Of a stretch of DNA of 64,000 nt, positions 1-13,563 are shown piece after piece (position 1 is the stretch's first letter; the number at the start of each line of letters is the position of its first letter). The position numbers were made by a program, and so were the translations under genes. Origin of the DNA: Chiloscyllium plagiosum. Taxonomy: Eukaryota. The notes under the pieces were generated by a model, which had not been told where the DNA came from, did not search any database, and saw only the letters and a program-made list of their open reading frames with translations. The stretch spans positions 13,145,940-13,209,939 of the forward strand of contig NC_057713.1 of NCBI RefSeq assembly GCF_004010195.1, read 5' to 3'.

Positions 1-554
1 TCCCAGGTACCAACCCACGCTGCATGTTCACCTACCTTATTTCGTATACTTCTTGCATTGAAGTATACACACTTCAAGCCACTTTCCTGTTTACAGGCAC
101 CCTCCTTTGAAATTGATGCCATGTTCCTAACCTCCCTACACTCCAGGTCCTGCACCCTAAAGCTACAGACAGAGTCCACCTCCATCTCCAACAGTCAGTG
201 CAGTATTAAAGGGAACACAGAGTGTCAATCTTGATTAAGACCAGAGGGAGGACTTCAATTTTGTGGTTCAGAGGTCAATGTTTGATAATGGAGGAGACAG
301 CAGAGAGAGGTTTCAGAAAGCAAGGGACAGGGCAGTAAAGCAGCTGGAGTTAATGCTGTATTCCAAGATGATCTGGACTATTGAGCAGTTTTTAGTCATC
401 TGCAGGTGAGTGTTTTAGCATTGTGTAAAACCACAAACCATCATATTTAGGACAAAAAATTGTTTTCATTTACTTCAGAAAATAAGAAATAGTTGCTAAC
501 ACCAAATAAACCAAAATTTTAGAAATGAATGATTTGGGCAGAGAAACAAAGTGC

Positions 555-2500
555 AACAACAAAAACAGAAATTGCTGGAAAAACTCTGCAGGTCTGGCAG
601 CATCTGTGGAGAGAAAGCAGAGTTAATGATTTGGGTCCAGTGACCATTCTTCAGAGCTCATTGGAGTTGAGAAAAGATTGGTTTACAGTATATGCTGAAG
701 ATGGGTAGTAGGAGTGGAAATTGGGGGAGGAGTGAAGGGTAGATGGAGATAGAGCTCAGAGAGAAAGAGAACAACAGTTGGACAGACAAAGGAGTGGGTA
801 AGAGTCAGCCTGGGAGAATGAATAGTTGCTAATGGGGATCATTACTGGCTGACAATGGTTGGCTGTGGTGACAGCCCATCTGATGACAAGTCTAGCGTGT
901 TGGGGTAAGGACATGGGAGAAGTTGCTTAGCCCTAAAATGATCAAACTTGACATTGGGTCGAGAAGGTTGTAGGGTTCCCAAGCAGAAAATGAAGTGCTG
1001 TTCTTCCAATTTGTGCTGAGCTTTGCAGCAAGCCTGAGACAGAGGTGTTGGCCAAGGAACATGCTGGTGTGTTAAAATGGCAGGTAATTGGAAGCACTGG
1101 ATCATTTTTGCTGACAGAACAGAGGTGTTCAGCAAAGCGGTTGCCCAGTCTGTGCTTCATTTCCCAAAACTGACTTATATTTTGAGCAGCGAATACAGGA
1201 GACTAGATTGAATGAAATTCAGGTAAATCACTGCTTCACCTGGAAGACGTCTAGTGCCTTGCATAGTGATGAGGGAGGAGGTAAATAGCCAGGCATTGTA
1301 CCTTCTGTGATCACAAAGGAATGTGGGACATGTTGGGCTTGTGAGGTGGAAGGGACCCAAGTGTCCTGGAGGGAACGGTCCCTGCAGGAGGCTGACAAGG
1401 GAGGGGAGGGGTTTATGTATCTGATGGAGGCATCCCGCAGGAAGTGGCGGAAGTGGTGGTTAATGATCCTCTGGATGTGGGGACTGGTGGGAATGGCAGG
1501 TGAGGATGAGATGAACCCTATCGCTGTTGTGGGAGGTAAGAGAGGGAGTGAGGTCCAAAATGTGGGATACCTAGCTGAGTGTTTGTCAACCACAGAGCTG
1601 GGAAATCTTCCATGAGGAAGAAGGTGACATTTTGGAGGCTCCCTTGTCGAAGTTGGTATGATGTGAACGAATATGATGGAAATGGAGGAACTGTGAAAAT
1701 GGAATGGGGTTACAGGAAGCCCAGTGCAAGGATAGATAGTCAAGGTAACTGTGGGAGTCAGTGGATTTATGGTGGAAATTGGTGTCCAGCCTATCCCCTG
1801 AAATGGAAACAAATGCTAAGGGAGGAGTGAGAGATGGACCAGGTGAAGGTGACAGAGGGATGGAAATTGGAACTGAAATGGATCAACATTTCCAATTCCG
1901 GATGAGAGTGGGAAGCAGCATCAATGGTATGATCGATATAATGGAGAAAGAATTATGGGTGGGGGCCGGAATAGGACCTGAACAAGAAATGTTCCATGTA
2001 CCCCACAAAGAGACAGACATAACTGGGGCACAAGTGGGTATCCATAGCCACCTGTTTGACCTGAAGAAAATGAGAGGAGTTAAAAGAGAAGTTATTCAGA
2101 GTGAGGATGAGCTCAGCCAGGCAGAGGAGGATGGTGATGGATGGGAACGGTTCAGGCCTTTCTTTCCCCAGGAAGAAATGGACAACCCCGAGTCCATCCT
2201 GATTGGGGACAGAGGTGTAAAGGGAGTGCACATCCATGGTGAAGAGGAACTGGCTGGAGCCTGCAAACTGGAAATTCTGAAGTGTAAGGCAGAAGAGGAA
2301 TTGTGGATGTACGTGGGCAGGGACTGGGCAAGGGGAGAAATGAAAAAGAGTTGAGGTAGCTACTATCCTAGCTACAATCAGCTGTGACAGAGGTGACTGG
2401 ACCCCAATGTTAATTTTGCTTTCTCTCCACAGATGGTGCCAGACCTGCAGAGTTTTACCATGATTTTTGATTTTGTTTCTGACTTCCAGAATCTGCTCTT
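555..2500 (-). mobile_element. Degenerate Penelope-like retroelement (Neptune-type): RT plus GIY-YIG remnants with inverted terminal pLTR segments
   Basis: MDVHSLYTSVP..DGL and LAELILTLNNFSFNSSHFLQVK..AM (PLE RT); RLGNRFAEHL and LEEQHFIFCLGTLQP (GIY-YIG). Segment 555-660 is inverted relative to 2385-2480. Confidence 0.88.
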
Positions 2501-4474
2501 TGCTTTTTTTGTTTGGAAATAAAATGCAGATGTTTTATTCAAATGTCACTCTTGAACTCCGAAGATCACTAATACATTATGGACACATATATACTACTGT
2601 GTATTCCTAATTCCACCCTTAAAAACAGTCTTGACAAATGGAATAAAAAGGACTTGCATTCATATAGTGCCTTTCACATCCTCAGGACATCCCAAAGCTG
2701 TTTATAGTCAGTCAGTCTTTAAAGGACTCATTGGGACAAATCATCTCCCGTGCCACAATTACACTCTATGGTGTAGTCACATGACAATATGTAAAAGGAG
2801 GAAACATGGTAAACCAATTTACAGTTAAGATTCCACAAACAACAAGGTGGCATTGACCAGACAATTTGTTTTTAGGTGCTGTTTGAGAGATAAAGAGAGA
2901 ACCTCAGATTAACATCTCATTGAAAAACAGCCAAACTCTCCAAAAGGTGCACCAGTACTAAACGGTCAACCTGAACTTGATGCCCAAATCCTTGGAGTGC
3001 CACCTGAACCCACACCTTCCAATTCCAAGGGGAAAGTACTACCCACTCAGCCTTGGCAGGTATTAGAGCTGCCAGGCATCACATTCCCTTTCCTTTTATA
3101 TCAAAACATGCTGCTTGACATTCTGAGAATGTCTAGTCCTCTGACCCAACACACACAACTTTGCAGTTCTAGTACAGAACAACGGTGGCCAAGTGGCCTC
3201 TTTATGTGCAGTAAATTTTCTGTTTCTATGTTGCCCCTTGAGATGGTTTATGCACTGTTTTTCTTTAGAGTTTTACTTCCTTGTCCCATTTTTAAAATCC
3301 TCTGAAAGATAATTCCACAATTCTGTGCTCCCAGACAGTAAACTACACTTGTAGGGAGAGGGGCAGAGAAAGACAAAATGCGAAAACTTTAGCCTTGATT
3401 TGTCAATCCTGTCACCATGAATGTGACACTCCACTTGGATCAATCTATAATTGATTCTTCACCCAATCCTTCTCATACAGCCATGACTGGCTCTGCTACA
3501 TTATTCAACTTTTATGTTGTGCCGTCTTCCACCAAGGCTTGAAAATGTATTTCAGTCTGATCTATGAACCTCTTCCATTCACATTTAATATGTCAGATCA
3601 ACACACAACCTTATTTCCCTCAGAATACGAGTGTCAAAAACAACCATCTCAATGCAGATCTATGATGAAGAATGTTGATCTTTACATTTGATGTAAGGAG
3701 GTGATGATGTAGTGGTAAACCACTGGACAAGTAATCCAGAACCCCAGGTAAAGGTTGGGTTACGTGGGATTAAATCACACCATGGCAAGTGTTACGATTT
3801 GAATTCAAAAATTAAAAACAAACTCTGGACTGAAAAGCTAGTTTAATAGCTATCATGTAACCACAATCAATTGTCATAAAAATCCCATCTGGTTCATTAA
3901 TGTACTTGAGGGAAGGAAATCTGTCATCCTTCCCTATATGTGACTCCAGGCCTATAGCAACGTGGATAGCTCTGAGCTTGAGGATAGCCGATAAATCCTG
4001 GCCCTAGCCAGCAACATCCCTAACCCATGGATGAATAAATGTAACTGGAGTCTAATTCTTCAGGGTCTAATAGATAAGGCTCCAACTCTCTTCAGACTTA
4101 GCCAAAATCACAGTCCAATTTCCTGAATATTTCACATTCCATAATCTGTGTCTGCTTTATTATCAAGTTACAAGCCTCAGTGTGTTGTCCTCGGAGGAGG
4201 AAACTACCTGCTCCACATTGTCATCCAATCAAGCCACAAAATGATTGGCTGGAAAATGTCCAATCAGATTTATCTATGATGGCCCGACTAATCAAATGAC
4301 CCTGTTCTCACCAATGGGGGTTGGTTATCTGGAACAGACTAGCACAGAGTTAATTTCTTAAGGAAGTGCTGGAAATTGGGGAGGGGAAGGCAACAGATGA
4401 AACTGTGATGTAATTCGATGCAAAATACAGGGTCGAAAGATAAGGCCAGTTTAATCATACATTTCTTTTTTTAC

Positions 4475-4520
4475 CTCTTTTTTGACAGAAAGTCCAATAG
4501 AAACTGCCACCACCGGTGTT
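4475..4520 (-). CDS. IMPA2: IMPA2 coding exon 4 (TPVVAVSIGLSVKKE); gene continues beyond window start
   Basis: 46 nt, polypyrimidine-AG acceptor, GAG|GTAA donor, phase 2/0. P.VAVSIG motif of IMPases. Confidence 0.92.
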
Positions 4521-4807
4521 CTAAAAAAGAGAAGTCAGTGTCACAATTCTGTTTGATTTAATAATGTCACTTTACAAAGTAAGAGAGAGACACACAATTG
4601 CTGGCCTAATGGGGAAACCTAACTGATATTCAGGTGGAAAAGTGACTGTTTCCTTGCTTTGCAGTTAAACTGCTATTAACACTGTTAGTTCACAAAAACA
4701 TGCAGCTTTCCAATACCCAAACTTGTTTCATAAGATGTTAACCTCATTAGAATTTAACACTCCCCCCGCCCCCCTTCATACTATATCAGCTGGGGCTCAG
4801 TTGATTA

Positions 4808-5160
4808 GAGACAAAAAAACCTGCAGATGCTGAATTCTGAGGTAGATAAGCAGGAGGCTGGAAGAACACAGCAAGTCAGGCAACATCAGGAGGTGAAGAC
4901 GTCAACGTTTCAGATTTAAAAATCACACAACACCAGGGTTATAATCCAACTGGTTTATTTGTTTATAGTCCAACACCAGGTTGGATAATAACCTGGTGTT
5001 GTGTGATTTTTAACTTTGTACACCCCAGTCCAACACCGGCATCTCCAAATCATAACATTTCAGATGTAACCCTTGGAAGGATCACGCCCGAAACATTGAC
5101 ATCTTCACCTCCTGATGCTGCCTGGCTTGCTGCGTTCTTTCAGCCTCCTGCTTGCCTACC
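4808..5160. mobile_element. Fold-back PLE pLTR element (family A-like) containing a nested family-B fold-back element (4916-5053)
   Basis: Inverted arms 4845-4910 and 5088-5160; inner element flanked by AAC(G/A)TTTCAGAT at 4904-4915 and 5054-5065. Confidence 0.8.
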
Positions 5161-5560
5161 ATGTCTCAGTTGGTAGCATTCTCGCTAGTAAGTTGTAGTT
5201 CAAGTCCCACTCGAGTACAGATTCTATTCTAGTATTCCAGCATAATATTCCAGCCACACTGTCTGAGACTCCATCTCTGGTGTGACATTAAGTGAAAACT
5301 AACTGCCCCTCTCATGCTGAAGATTCTGTGGCACTTCTTCAAGGAGCAGTTCTTTCTGGTATTCTGGATAATATTTACCCTTTAACTAGCACCACTATCT
5401 GCTTTACTATTCATGGGACTTCACTAATTACAAACTTGCTGACACATTTCATACATTACTATGGTAACTACAAAGTTCCAAAGTACCATGTTGGCTATAA
5501 GTGTGCGTTGGAATGTCCGGAGTTAATGAAAATGTGCTATATGATTGCAAGCACTTTTTC
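5161..5560 (+). mobile_element. Old tRNA-derived SINE with L2-like tail (Deu-SINE-like); related decayed copies near 2640-3060, 49430-49930, 52845-53075, 62365-62720
   Basis: CTCAGTTGGTAGC A box, GTTCAAGTCCC B box, tail ..GTGCTATATGATTGCAAG. Confidence 0.5.
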
Positions 5561-6052
5561 TTTGCCAACTCAGTGTTACAATTACATCTTCATAGCTTCT
5601 GTGGAATCAACTTCTTATATTTGACATTTGCATTCTTCCTGGTTTTGTATAAAATTCCACAAATAGTAAAGTGGTAATAATAATTCATCAATCTCCATGA
5701 CAGGCTAGGAATTAATTTAATGGTGAAGACAGCACCAACACATCTACACATCATTAACAACAAAGGACAGATACTTCCTTCTTTAAGAGTCCTCACATTC
5801 AACACAGAATAGGAAGAGCCTTCCTTAGAACTGTCCATACTGCCTCTCCCAATCTGAGATATTTTGCCACAGGGAAACTGGTATGGATGTTGCCCTATTC
5901 ACGAAGGGCTGCCTCCAAGTTTAGCAGTGGATTTAGTTTGTGGGTGCTCATTTTAAAAATACAAACCACCTGCCTAAAATGTTGCCAACATTTGTTGTTT
6001 AACACATTCGAAAGCAAACATTTCCTTCAGTTAATGAACATTAATTTTTCAC

Positions 6053-6276
6053 TTAGAGGGTGCTACGTGTATGGAATGAGCTGCCAGAGGATGTGGTGGA
6101 GGCTGGTACAATTGCAATATTTAAGAGGAATTTGGATGGATATATGAATAGGAAAGGTTTGGAGGGATATGGGCCGGGTGCTGGCAGGTGGGACTAGATT
6201 GGGTTGGGATGTCTGGTCGGCATGAACAGGTTGGGCCGAAGGGTCTGTTTCCATCCTGTACATCTCTGTGACTCTA
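6053..6276 (+). mobile_element. CR1 LINE 3' fragment
   Basis: Near-identical to 55847-56068. Confidence 0.85.
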
Positions 6277-6424
6277 AGATGACAGAGTGGAATTATGGTC
6301 ATTATGCAATGGCATAATATTCCTGTACAATATTTAAACATGGACACATAACACAGTTTGGTGTGTAAGACAACCTTTTTTTTTAAGAAACATTGGAAAT
6401 AATCTTTTGAAGCTCAGATTATAC

Positions 6425-6529
6425 CCATGTACAAAGTTACATGTTCCATCGATGGGGTCTATAATCCAAGTGGGGTCATCAGTCAGAATGCACTTTTCAC
6501 CAGCTGCAACAGATTCTTCGCCAATAAAT
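6425..6529 (-). CDS. IMPA2: IMPA2 coding exon 3 ([34 protein letters not shown])
   Basis: 105 nt, tgcag acceptor and GT donor, phase 2/2. Has the metal-binding GEE and WIIDPIDGT signature; TCNFVH is IMPA2-like rather than IMPA1 (TTNFVH). Confidence 0.96.
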
Positions 6530-6849
6530 CTGCAACAAGAAGCTGAATTCAATTAAAAATGGCAACAATGCATTGGGTTTGTCAATCCAACTGTATCTTA
6601 CATAATGACCAACTGTTTGTACTGGAGGTTTCTCAGTCAAATGGCTCAAAACGAAAACGAAGCAGTGCTTTGATCAGAAGGGATCTTTCATTCGATTTTC
6701 CTGCACCTTTCAAAAGGGCCACCAAAACTGAGAATTCAAGTTGTAACAAATTTGTTTTGTCACGTTATTACTTTCGTTTAATGTTATAAATGTTTATCCA
6801 GCTAACCGTAACTTTACTGTTAAATGATATGACTATTCAATATTGAAGT

Positions 6850-7040
6850 TGAGAGTGTGGTGCTGGAAAAGCACAGCAGGTCAGGCAGCATCCAAGGAGC
6901 AGGAGAATCAACGTTTCAGGTATAAGCTCTTCATCAGCCCAAAACATCGATTCTCCTGCTCCTCGGATGCTGCCCTGCTGTGCCTTTCCAGCACCACATT
7001 CTCAACTCTGATCTCCAGCATCTGCAGTCCTCACTTTCTC
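6850..7040. mobile_element. Fold-back PLE pLTR element, family A
   Basis: Inverted arms plus one-sided tail (CTGATCTCCAGCATCTGCAGTCCTCACTTTCTC); 17-bp TSD at 6833-6849 and 7041-7057 (1 mismatch). Confidence 0.85.
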
Positions 7041-7481
7041 CTATTCAATACTGAAGTCAGTTATATCGTTCTTTAAGTAAGAACAGAACACAAAAAATCT
7101 GCATAAAAACAGTCACGGCTGTCAGTCAGACTTGGTGAATAGAGGATATTATTACTTAGCTCAAAAGAAGAGCCACATTGACTCAAAACATTAACATGGC
7201 TTCTCTCTCTGCAAGTACCGTCAGAATTGTAGAGTTTCTTCAGCCTGTGCTTGTTTATGAATAACCCAGTTTCTTTGGTGTTTTTAAACAAGAATTAACA
7301 CAACAGTAATAAATTGAGAAAAACAAAATACTGTAGATGCTGGAAATCAGAAACAAACACAAATACAAAGAATGCTGTAGAAAATCACGTCAGGAAGCAC
7401 CTGTGAAGAGAGAAACAGAATTAACAGTTCAAGTCCCATATGACTCTTCTACATTTCAAAATTAAACTGAAAGCCTGTAGT

Positions 7482-8046
7482 AGGTAGAAGTGGGTACTGC
7501 AGATGCTGAAGATCAGAGCCAAGATTAGAGAGGTGCTGGAAAAGCACAGCAGGTCAGGCAGCGTCCGAGGAGCAGGGAAATCAATGTTTTGGGCAAAAAC
7601 CCTTCATCAGGAATGAGGCTGGGACCCTTGGGGTGGAGAGATAAACGGGAGGGGGGTGGGGTTGGGGAGAAGGTAGCTGACAGTGCAATATGTGGATGGA
7701 GGTGGGGTGAAGGTGATAGGTTTGAGAGGAGGGTGGAGTGGATTGGTGGGAAGGAAGATTGACAGGTGGGACAGGTCAGGAGGACAGTGCTGAGCTGGAA
7801 GGTTGGAACTGAGGTAAGGTAGGGGGAGAGGAAATAAGGAAACTGGTGAAGTCCACATTAATGCCATGAGGTTGGAGTGTCCCGAGGCGGAAGATGAGGC
7901 GTTCTTCCTCCAGGCATTGGGTGGTGAGGGAGTGGCAGTGAAGGAGGCCCAGGTCCTGCATGTCCTTGGCACTGTTGCAGGGGGAGTTGAAATGTTCGGC
8001 CACGGGGCAGTGGGGTTGATTGGTGCAGGTGTCCCGGAAATGTTCT
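7482..8046 (-). mobile_element. 5'-truncated Penelope-like element (GIY-YIG C-terminus plus pLTR with hammerhead core)
   Basis: AEHFNSP...LEEERLIFRLGTLQPHGINVDF; minus-strand CTGATGAAGGG..GCCC core near 7570-7610; TSD CTGAAAGCCTGTAGT at 7467-7481 and 8047-8061. Confidence 0.9.
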
Positions 8047-11000
8047 CTGAAAGCCTGTAGTGTCTAGCTACCATCTAAAGCTAATGTGATCCAGTTATAC
8101 TGAAAATAAAATAAATAATGAATTGCAAGGAAAGTAACCACATTGGGGTTGTGGTGATATGGTCAGTGTAACTTCAATACAAACAGCACAGGATTGATTA
8201 GTGACAAATTGCTCCCACTCTCTATGCTGAATCTTCCCTTGCCAAAACTCCCCAATGCCATGAAGTTGAGTTTTAAATATTTTCAAATCCAGCACTCTCA
8301 CTTTCCAAATATAATGAGGTTGTGTTTCTACTGGTTTGTACCAATAATTTCAGGGTAATTTCTGGTGCAAAATATTTCGGCATTTTTAAAGCAAGTGAAT
8401 TACACCCATATCCGCTTAAGTTTGTATCTTCCCACTTCCCCCTCGGTGATTAGTGACTTAATTTGCCACATCAGGCCCTGCCTACAAAATTGGTGCCTCC
8501 CCCCTTTCACCCCCAGACCCTCCCACGTAGACAAGAGTGTAGAATCACACATAGGTCAGTATGGACAAAGCAATAACTACCCTAAAGGTCATTAGTGATC
8601 CATATGATCTTGTATGACAATATTAATAGACAAAATAAGAGCAGAAGTAGACCATTCAGCCCCTCGAGCCTGCTGTTTCATTCAATAAGATCAGACTGAG
8701 CTGTTTGTGTTTCAAATTCCATATTTCCATCTACCCCAATACTCTTAGATTTTTGTTAGACTAGGGAATCAATCTACTTCTGCTTTACAAATACTTAATG
8801 ACCCAACCTCCAGTTACCTTCTGTGGTAAAAGTCACACAACACGAAGAGAAAAAGAAACACTAAACTCTGCCCTGAAAGGGTGACTCCTAATGTAAAACA
8901 GTGGCCTCCAGTTCTGGATTCCCTCACAAGAGGAAACTTCCTTTCCATGTCCACATTAAGACCATTGAGGGTCTTAAGCTTCAATCAAGTCACACCTCTC
9001 TCTTCTAAACTCCAATGCAAATATGTCCAGCCTTCCTACCTATCATCAGAAAAAACCCCATTCATTCTTGATATTAATCTTGCAAATCTCCTGTGAACTT
9101 CCTCCAATGCATTTTCATTCTTCAGTATTCAAGATGTGAACTCACTAATCCCCTGTATAACTGAAGAATAACATCCGCAGACTCAATATGATCATTGCTC
9201 ATCTGATATTCCTCAACTCTACTTCTTGACCTTTCCCCATAACCCTTAATTCCATTACTGTTTAAAAATCTGTCTTTTTCAGCCTTGAGTATACTAAATA
9301 ACACAGCCTCGACAGCCCTTAGTGGTAACTTGTTGGCCTTCTTGATTTTGTGCTGTATCGGTGTACTAACTTTCTGATTATGCAGCTAATATTCCTCATG
9401 TACCTCAAAATTCCAGAGAGTTGTTCATCATTTAAGTAATACTCTGGCAGTCTTCCTGCCAAAGTGAATAATTTTATATTTACCCTCAGTATAATTAATC
9501 TGCCAGATTCAACCCACCTCATGTGCAACTTCCTCATGTCTTTTACACAACATACTTTTCCACCTATATCTGTTGTCTGTTAGCTACCATACCTTCACTT
9601 CCCTTATCTAAGTCACTGATGCAAACGGTCAACAGTTGAGGTACCAGCAAAAACACCCTTTCTTTTAATTAGTTCACAGGACGTGGGCATTGCGGACTGG
9701 GCCAACATTTATTACCCATGGCTAATTGTCCAGAGGATAGTTAAGAATCAACCACATTGCTGAGAGTCTGGAGGCCAACGTAGGCCAAACCAGGAAAGGA
9801 TGGCAGATTTCCTTCCTTAAAAGACATTAGTGAACCTAAGGGAACTCTCCCTCATCATATCCTATCAATGAGACACAGAGAGACCTGGTTCTACCCCCTC
9901 TGTTTGCTGCCAGCCATCCAAACTTCTATATAAATATGTTACCTTCTGTATCATGAGCTTCTATTTTCCCCAATAACTTTGATGGGCATCTGATCAAATG
10001 CCTCCAGAAATCCAACCACACCATGTCTCTCTTTTGATTATGTGCCTTTATCCAAAATAGTGATTCTCCCACACCATATACTCTCCAGTTTATGAAGCAT
10101 TCAGTCTCTTCCTTAGGCTTGTTCAATTTGATAGTACAATCCCTACATCTCTTGGGGCATAAATCTGTGAAGTATTGCAACGGTGCCTCTGCCAAGGAAT
10201 CTTCTGAAGCTCCCTTTTGACGTAAGGTCAGGACATGTCTCTGAATTACACTGAAGCAACACACTTTTAAAGGTCCAACCCACCTATGGATATACATTAT
10301 GTAAATAATAAATATATGAGGGATGTTAGACTGTTTGGTCAATGCATACCTAACTCCACCACTTTATAATCTTCTCAAATACCTTTTATGGCTGCAAATA
10401 TATCAGTTTGATTGTGATGTGCAAGGATACTGCTTCACCGCACAGGTCATGGATGTAGCTGTAAGCTGTAAGCTGGTTTGCGGAGGGTGGAGAAGAAGTT
10501 TTTCTCCCTAATTATGATCATAAGCCCACTGCAATATTCAGCTGCAGAGTCGCAACATCACAGCCGTACATGTTTGTGCATGGAATGGAAGTGGGCAGAA
10601 AAAAATGGTTCCATGTCAGACAAAAGGAGCAAAATTCTCTCTCTTTTTCAAACTAAGGCTCAGAAATGCTACCAAGGCTGCAGGGAGTTTTCATAATAAA
10701 TAAAACTTCCTCATATTGCAAAACATTTACCAGTATGAAGGCAGCAATTTAAAATGGCATTAACAAAAGCAAATACTTAATGTAACATTTTCACATTAAA
10801 GATACTGGGGCAGAAAGGAAACTGGTTATTCAATGCAACTGCTTTGGTCAAGAGTTGTAAATTGTTAAGTTACTGTAGCATATGTGCAACATCAAACTGA
10901 AAGCTCATTTCCTCCCAAAAATGAAATAAACTTCATTTTTTTGGAATTTACAGAAACATGGTAATCCATTAATTATACTTTTTTTTGTCAGAATGCTCAT

Positions 11001-12010
11001 TTACGCTCAGAAATCATGTCAGCTCTGGTCAACCATTAACCAAACTGCACAACTTCCAACAAATATAGTCCATACAGTATTAAAATTTCTTAATTTTTAC
11101 AACGAACAAATTCAAACAATTTCACATACTGGTATGAGAGCAGGGACTTGAAACCATCAGCTATTGGCACAGGAATGGACTATCCAGCTTTCCCTGCCAT
11201 TCATGTTGGTCATTGCTCATCTGTACCTCAACATCATTTACCTGCTGTTGATCCATAAAGCATTAAACAAGTAATCCAGAGTACAAGAGTTCAAATCCCA
11301 TCAACGTTAGCTCATGAAAATTAACTCAATCTATCTGGTAGCTGTAAGCCAGAAATAGAATAGTTGAACAAGCTTTTTGATAAGGATCCACGTGCTACAC
11401 TGGTCAGGAACTTAATGGTCCATGGGGATTCAAAGAAAAGTTAGGTCCAAAATATCTCACAGCCAGGAACTAAATGGTTATGAACAATGAGTCATTTTGC
11501 AACTGAGAAAGACGGTTTCCAGTGAGGTTACATGAGGCTCAATTCTAAGTCTTTTAGTTATATATATGGAACAATTTAGAATTAAATGTAGGAGACATGA
11601 TCAAGAAGTTCACAGATGAAACAAAAGGCATGTGATTAATAGTGAAGAAGGAAATTATAGGCTGCAGAAATAGACTGGTCAGATAAATAGAAAAATAGCA
11701 AATGGAATTCATTCCAGAGAAGAGAGAGATTGGATATTTGGGAACAGAAAACAAGGCAAAGAAATACTCAATGAATATTAGAATACAGAAAAGGTTGGGA
11801 TAGCAGAGAAACCCGATAGATTCTTTGATAGGAGGTAACAGACCAAGTAAATAAAGTGAGTTTAAAATCATGCAAGATACTTTCCTTGATTAAAACAGGA
11901 ATAGAATATTGTATAACATTACATTTCCGAAAGGTTGATGTTGAAATTGATGATGTAATAGCCTTTTACTGGAGAATTGGGAAATTTTGCATTTAGATAC
12001 CAGCACATAT

Positions 12011-12449
12011 TTGAGCTATAGGGAGAGGTTGTATAGGCTGGGGCTGTTTTCCCTGCAGCGTCAGAGGCTGAGGGGTGACCTTAAAGAGGTTTATAAAATC
12101 ATGAAGGGCATGGATATGGTAAATAGACAAATTCCTTCCCTGGGGTGGGGGATTCCAGAACCACAAGGCATAGGATTAGGGTGAGAGGGGAAAGATATAA
12201 AAGAGACCGAAGGGGCAACCCTTTCACGTAGAGGGTGGTATGTGTATGGAATGAGCTGCCAGAGAAAGTAGTGAAGACTGATACAATTGCAACATTTAAA
12301 AGGCATCTGGATGGGTAAATGAATAGAAAGGGTTTGCAGGGATATGGGCCGGGTGCTGGCAAATGGGACTAGATTAGGCTGGGATATCTATTCAGCATAG
12401 ACGAGTTGGACTGAAGGGTCTGTTTCTGTGCTGTACATCTCTATGACTG
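12011..12449 (+). mobile_element. CR1 LINE 3' fragment
   Basis: LSYRERLYRLGLFSL..RLRGDL; family tail. Confidence 0.88.
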
Positions 12450-13290
12450 TGATTTTTGACTCCAGATAGGTGTAGTTATGCCTAATGGGTTAATATTAAT
12501 CATAACTACTGCAATTGTAAAAGACAACATTGTTTTCACTTATGAGACTATATTGCAAATTGAAGTGGAATGTGGAGTTCTATAAACTAGAATACAAGAA
12601 AGTTTTGCAAGTTAAAGGTGTTACATATTGTTGAACTGTGGAATAAAATGTTACTTTTTTTGAAGCGGTAAGGGAGAATGAGATGGAAAGACACTAAACA
12701 CTGATCGGTTAAATTGCAAAGAGTTAAAAAGCTGCAAATGTCAAGAGCAGCATGGCGGGGGATTGGGGAATATCAGAGGACACAAACTGAAATGGTCTAT
12801 CTCTTCCTCTCTCTATGTGGGAAAAGACAGTAAATCCAAGAAAGCTCATTAGGAAGAATTCATACAAGACCCAAGTTCACTTTCTCAACCATCATTGTTA
12901 CAAAAATGAAAAGTACCATGAAAAAAGGAATTTTCCACTTTGTTGATCTTTGGTTTACCATAAGTACATTCTTTTGCACCCATGGCATATGGTTAAAACA
13001 TTTATCTTTCGCCTGTGTTAATCATGATTAAGTGTAGTTGCAGTTTTGAAGGGGTAAAGTTTAAGTTGCATAAATTAGAAAAATGTTTGATTTACTGTTC
13101 CAGTTAAAGTTAAGAATATTACATTAAAGAAAGTTCTTTCCCTGTTACCAAAAATACCTGACGTGAATTTCTTTTGTCCTAAGGTAAATTATTCCTTTTG
13201 GTTATTGTACTTTTTTTGGGGTGACAGCTTGTGGAACAGTGCGGCATTCTTGTGTACTCTTTCCAGTGAAATTGTGACACTATCATGCAA

Positions 13291-13563
13291 TAAATGATTT
13301 GGAGATGCCAGTGTTTGACTGGGGTATACAAAGTTAAAAATCACACAACACCACGTTATAGTCCATCAGGTTTAATTGGAAGCACTAGCGTTCGGAGAGC
13401 TACTCCTTCATCAGGTGGTTGTGGAGTGTAAGATTGTAAGACACAAAATTTATAGCAAAATAAATCTTATACTCCACAACCACCTGATGAAGGAACAGTG
13501 CTCCGAAAGCTAGTGCTTCCAAGTAAACCTGTTGGACTTTAACCTGGTGTTGTGTGATTTTTA
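13291..13563. mobile_element. Fold-back PLE pLTR element, family B, with a hammerhead core on each strand
   Basis: Arms 13333-13440 and 13463-13563; CTGATGA-AGGAACAGTGCTCC-GAAA at 13484-13508; TSD ATCATGCAA at 13282-13290 and 13564-13572. Confidence 0.85.
13484..13520 (+). ncRNA. Hammerhead ribozyme core (family B pLTR)
   Basis: CTGATGA-A-GGAAC/AGT/GCTCC-GAAA-GC/TAGT/GC-TT. Confidence 0.62.

Noticed and set aside
1228-2354. 194-aa and 197-aa ORFs
   Set aside because: Off-frame or antisense readings of a decayed Penelope-like element.
6850-7040. Fold-back elements as DNA-transposon MITEs or miRNA precursors
   Set aside because: Variable TSD length, asymmetric tail, hammerhead core and identity with the ends of GIY-YIG-encoding elements point to a Penelope origin.
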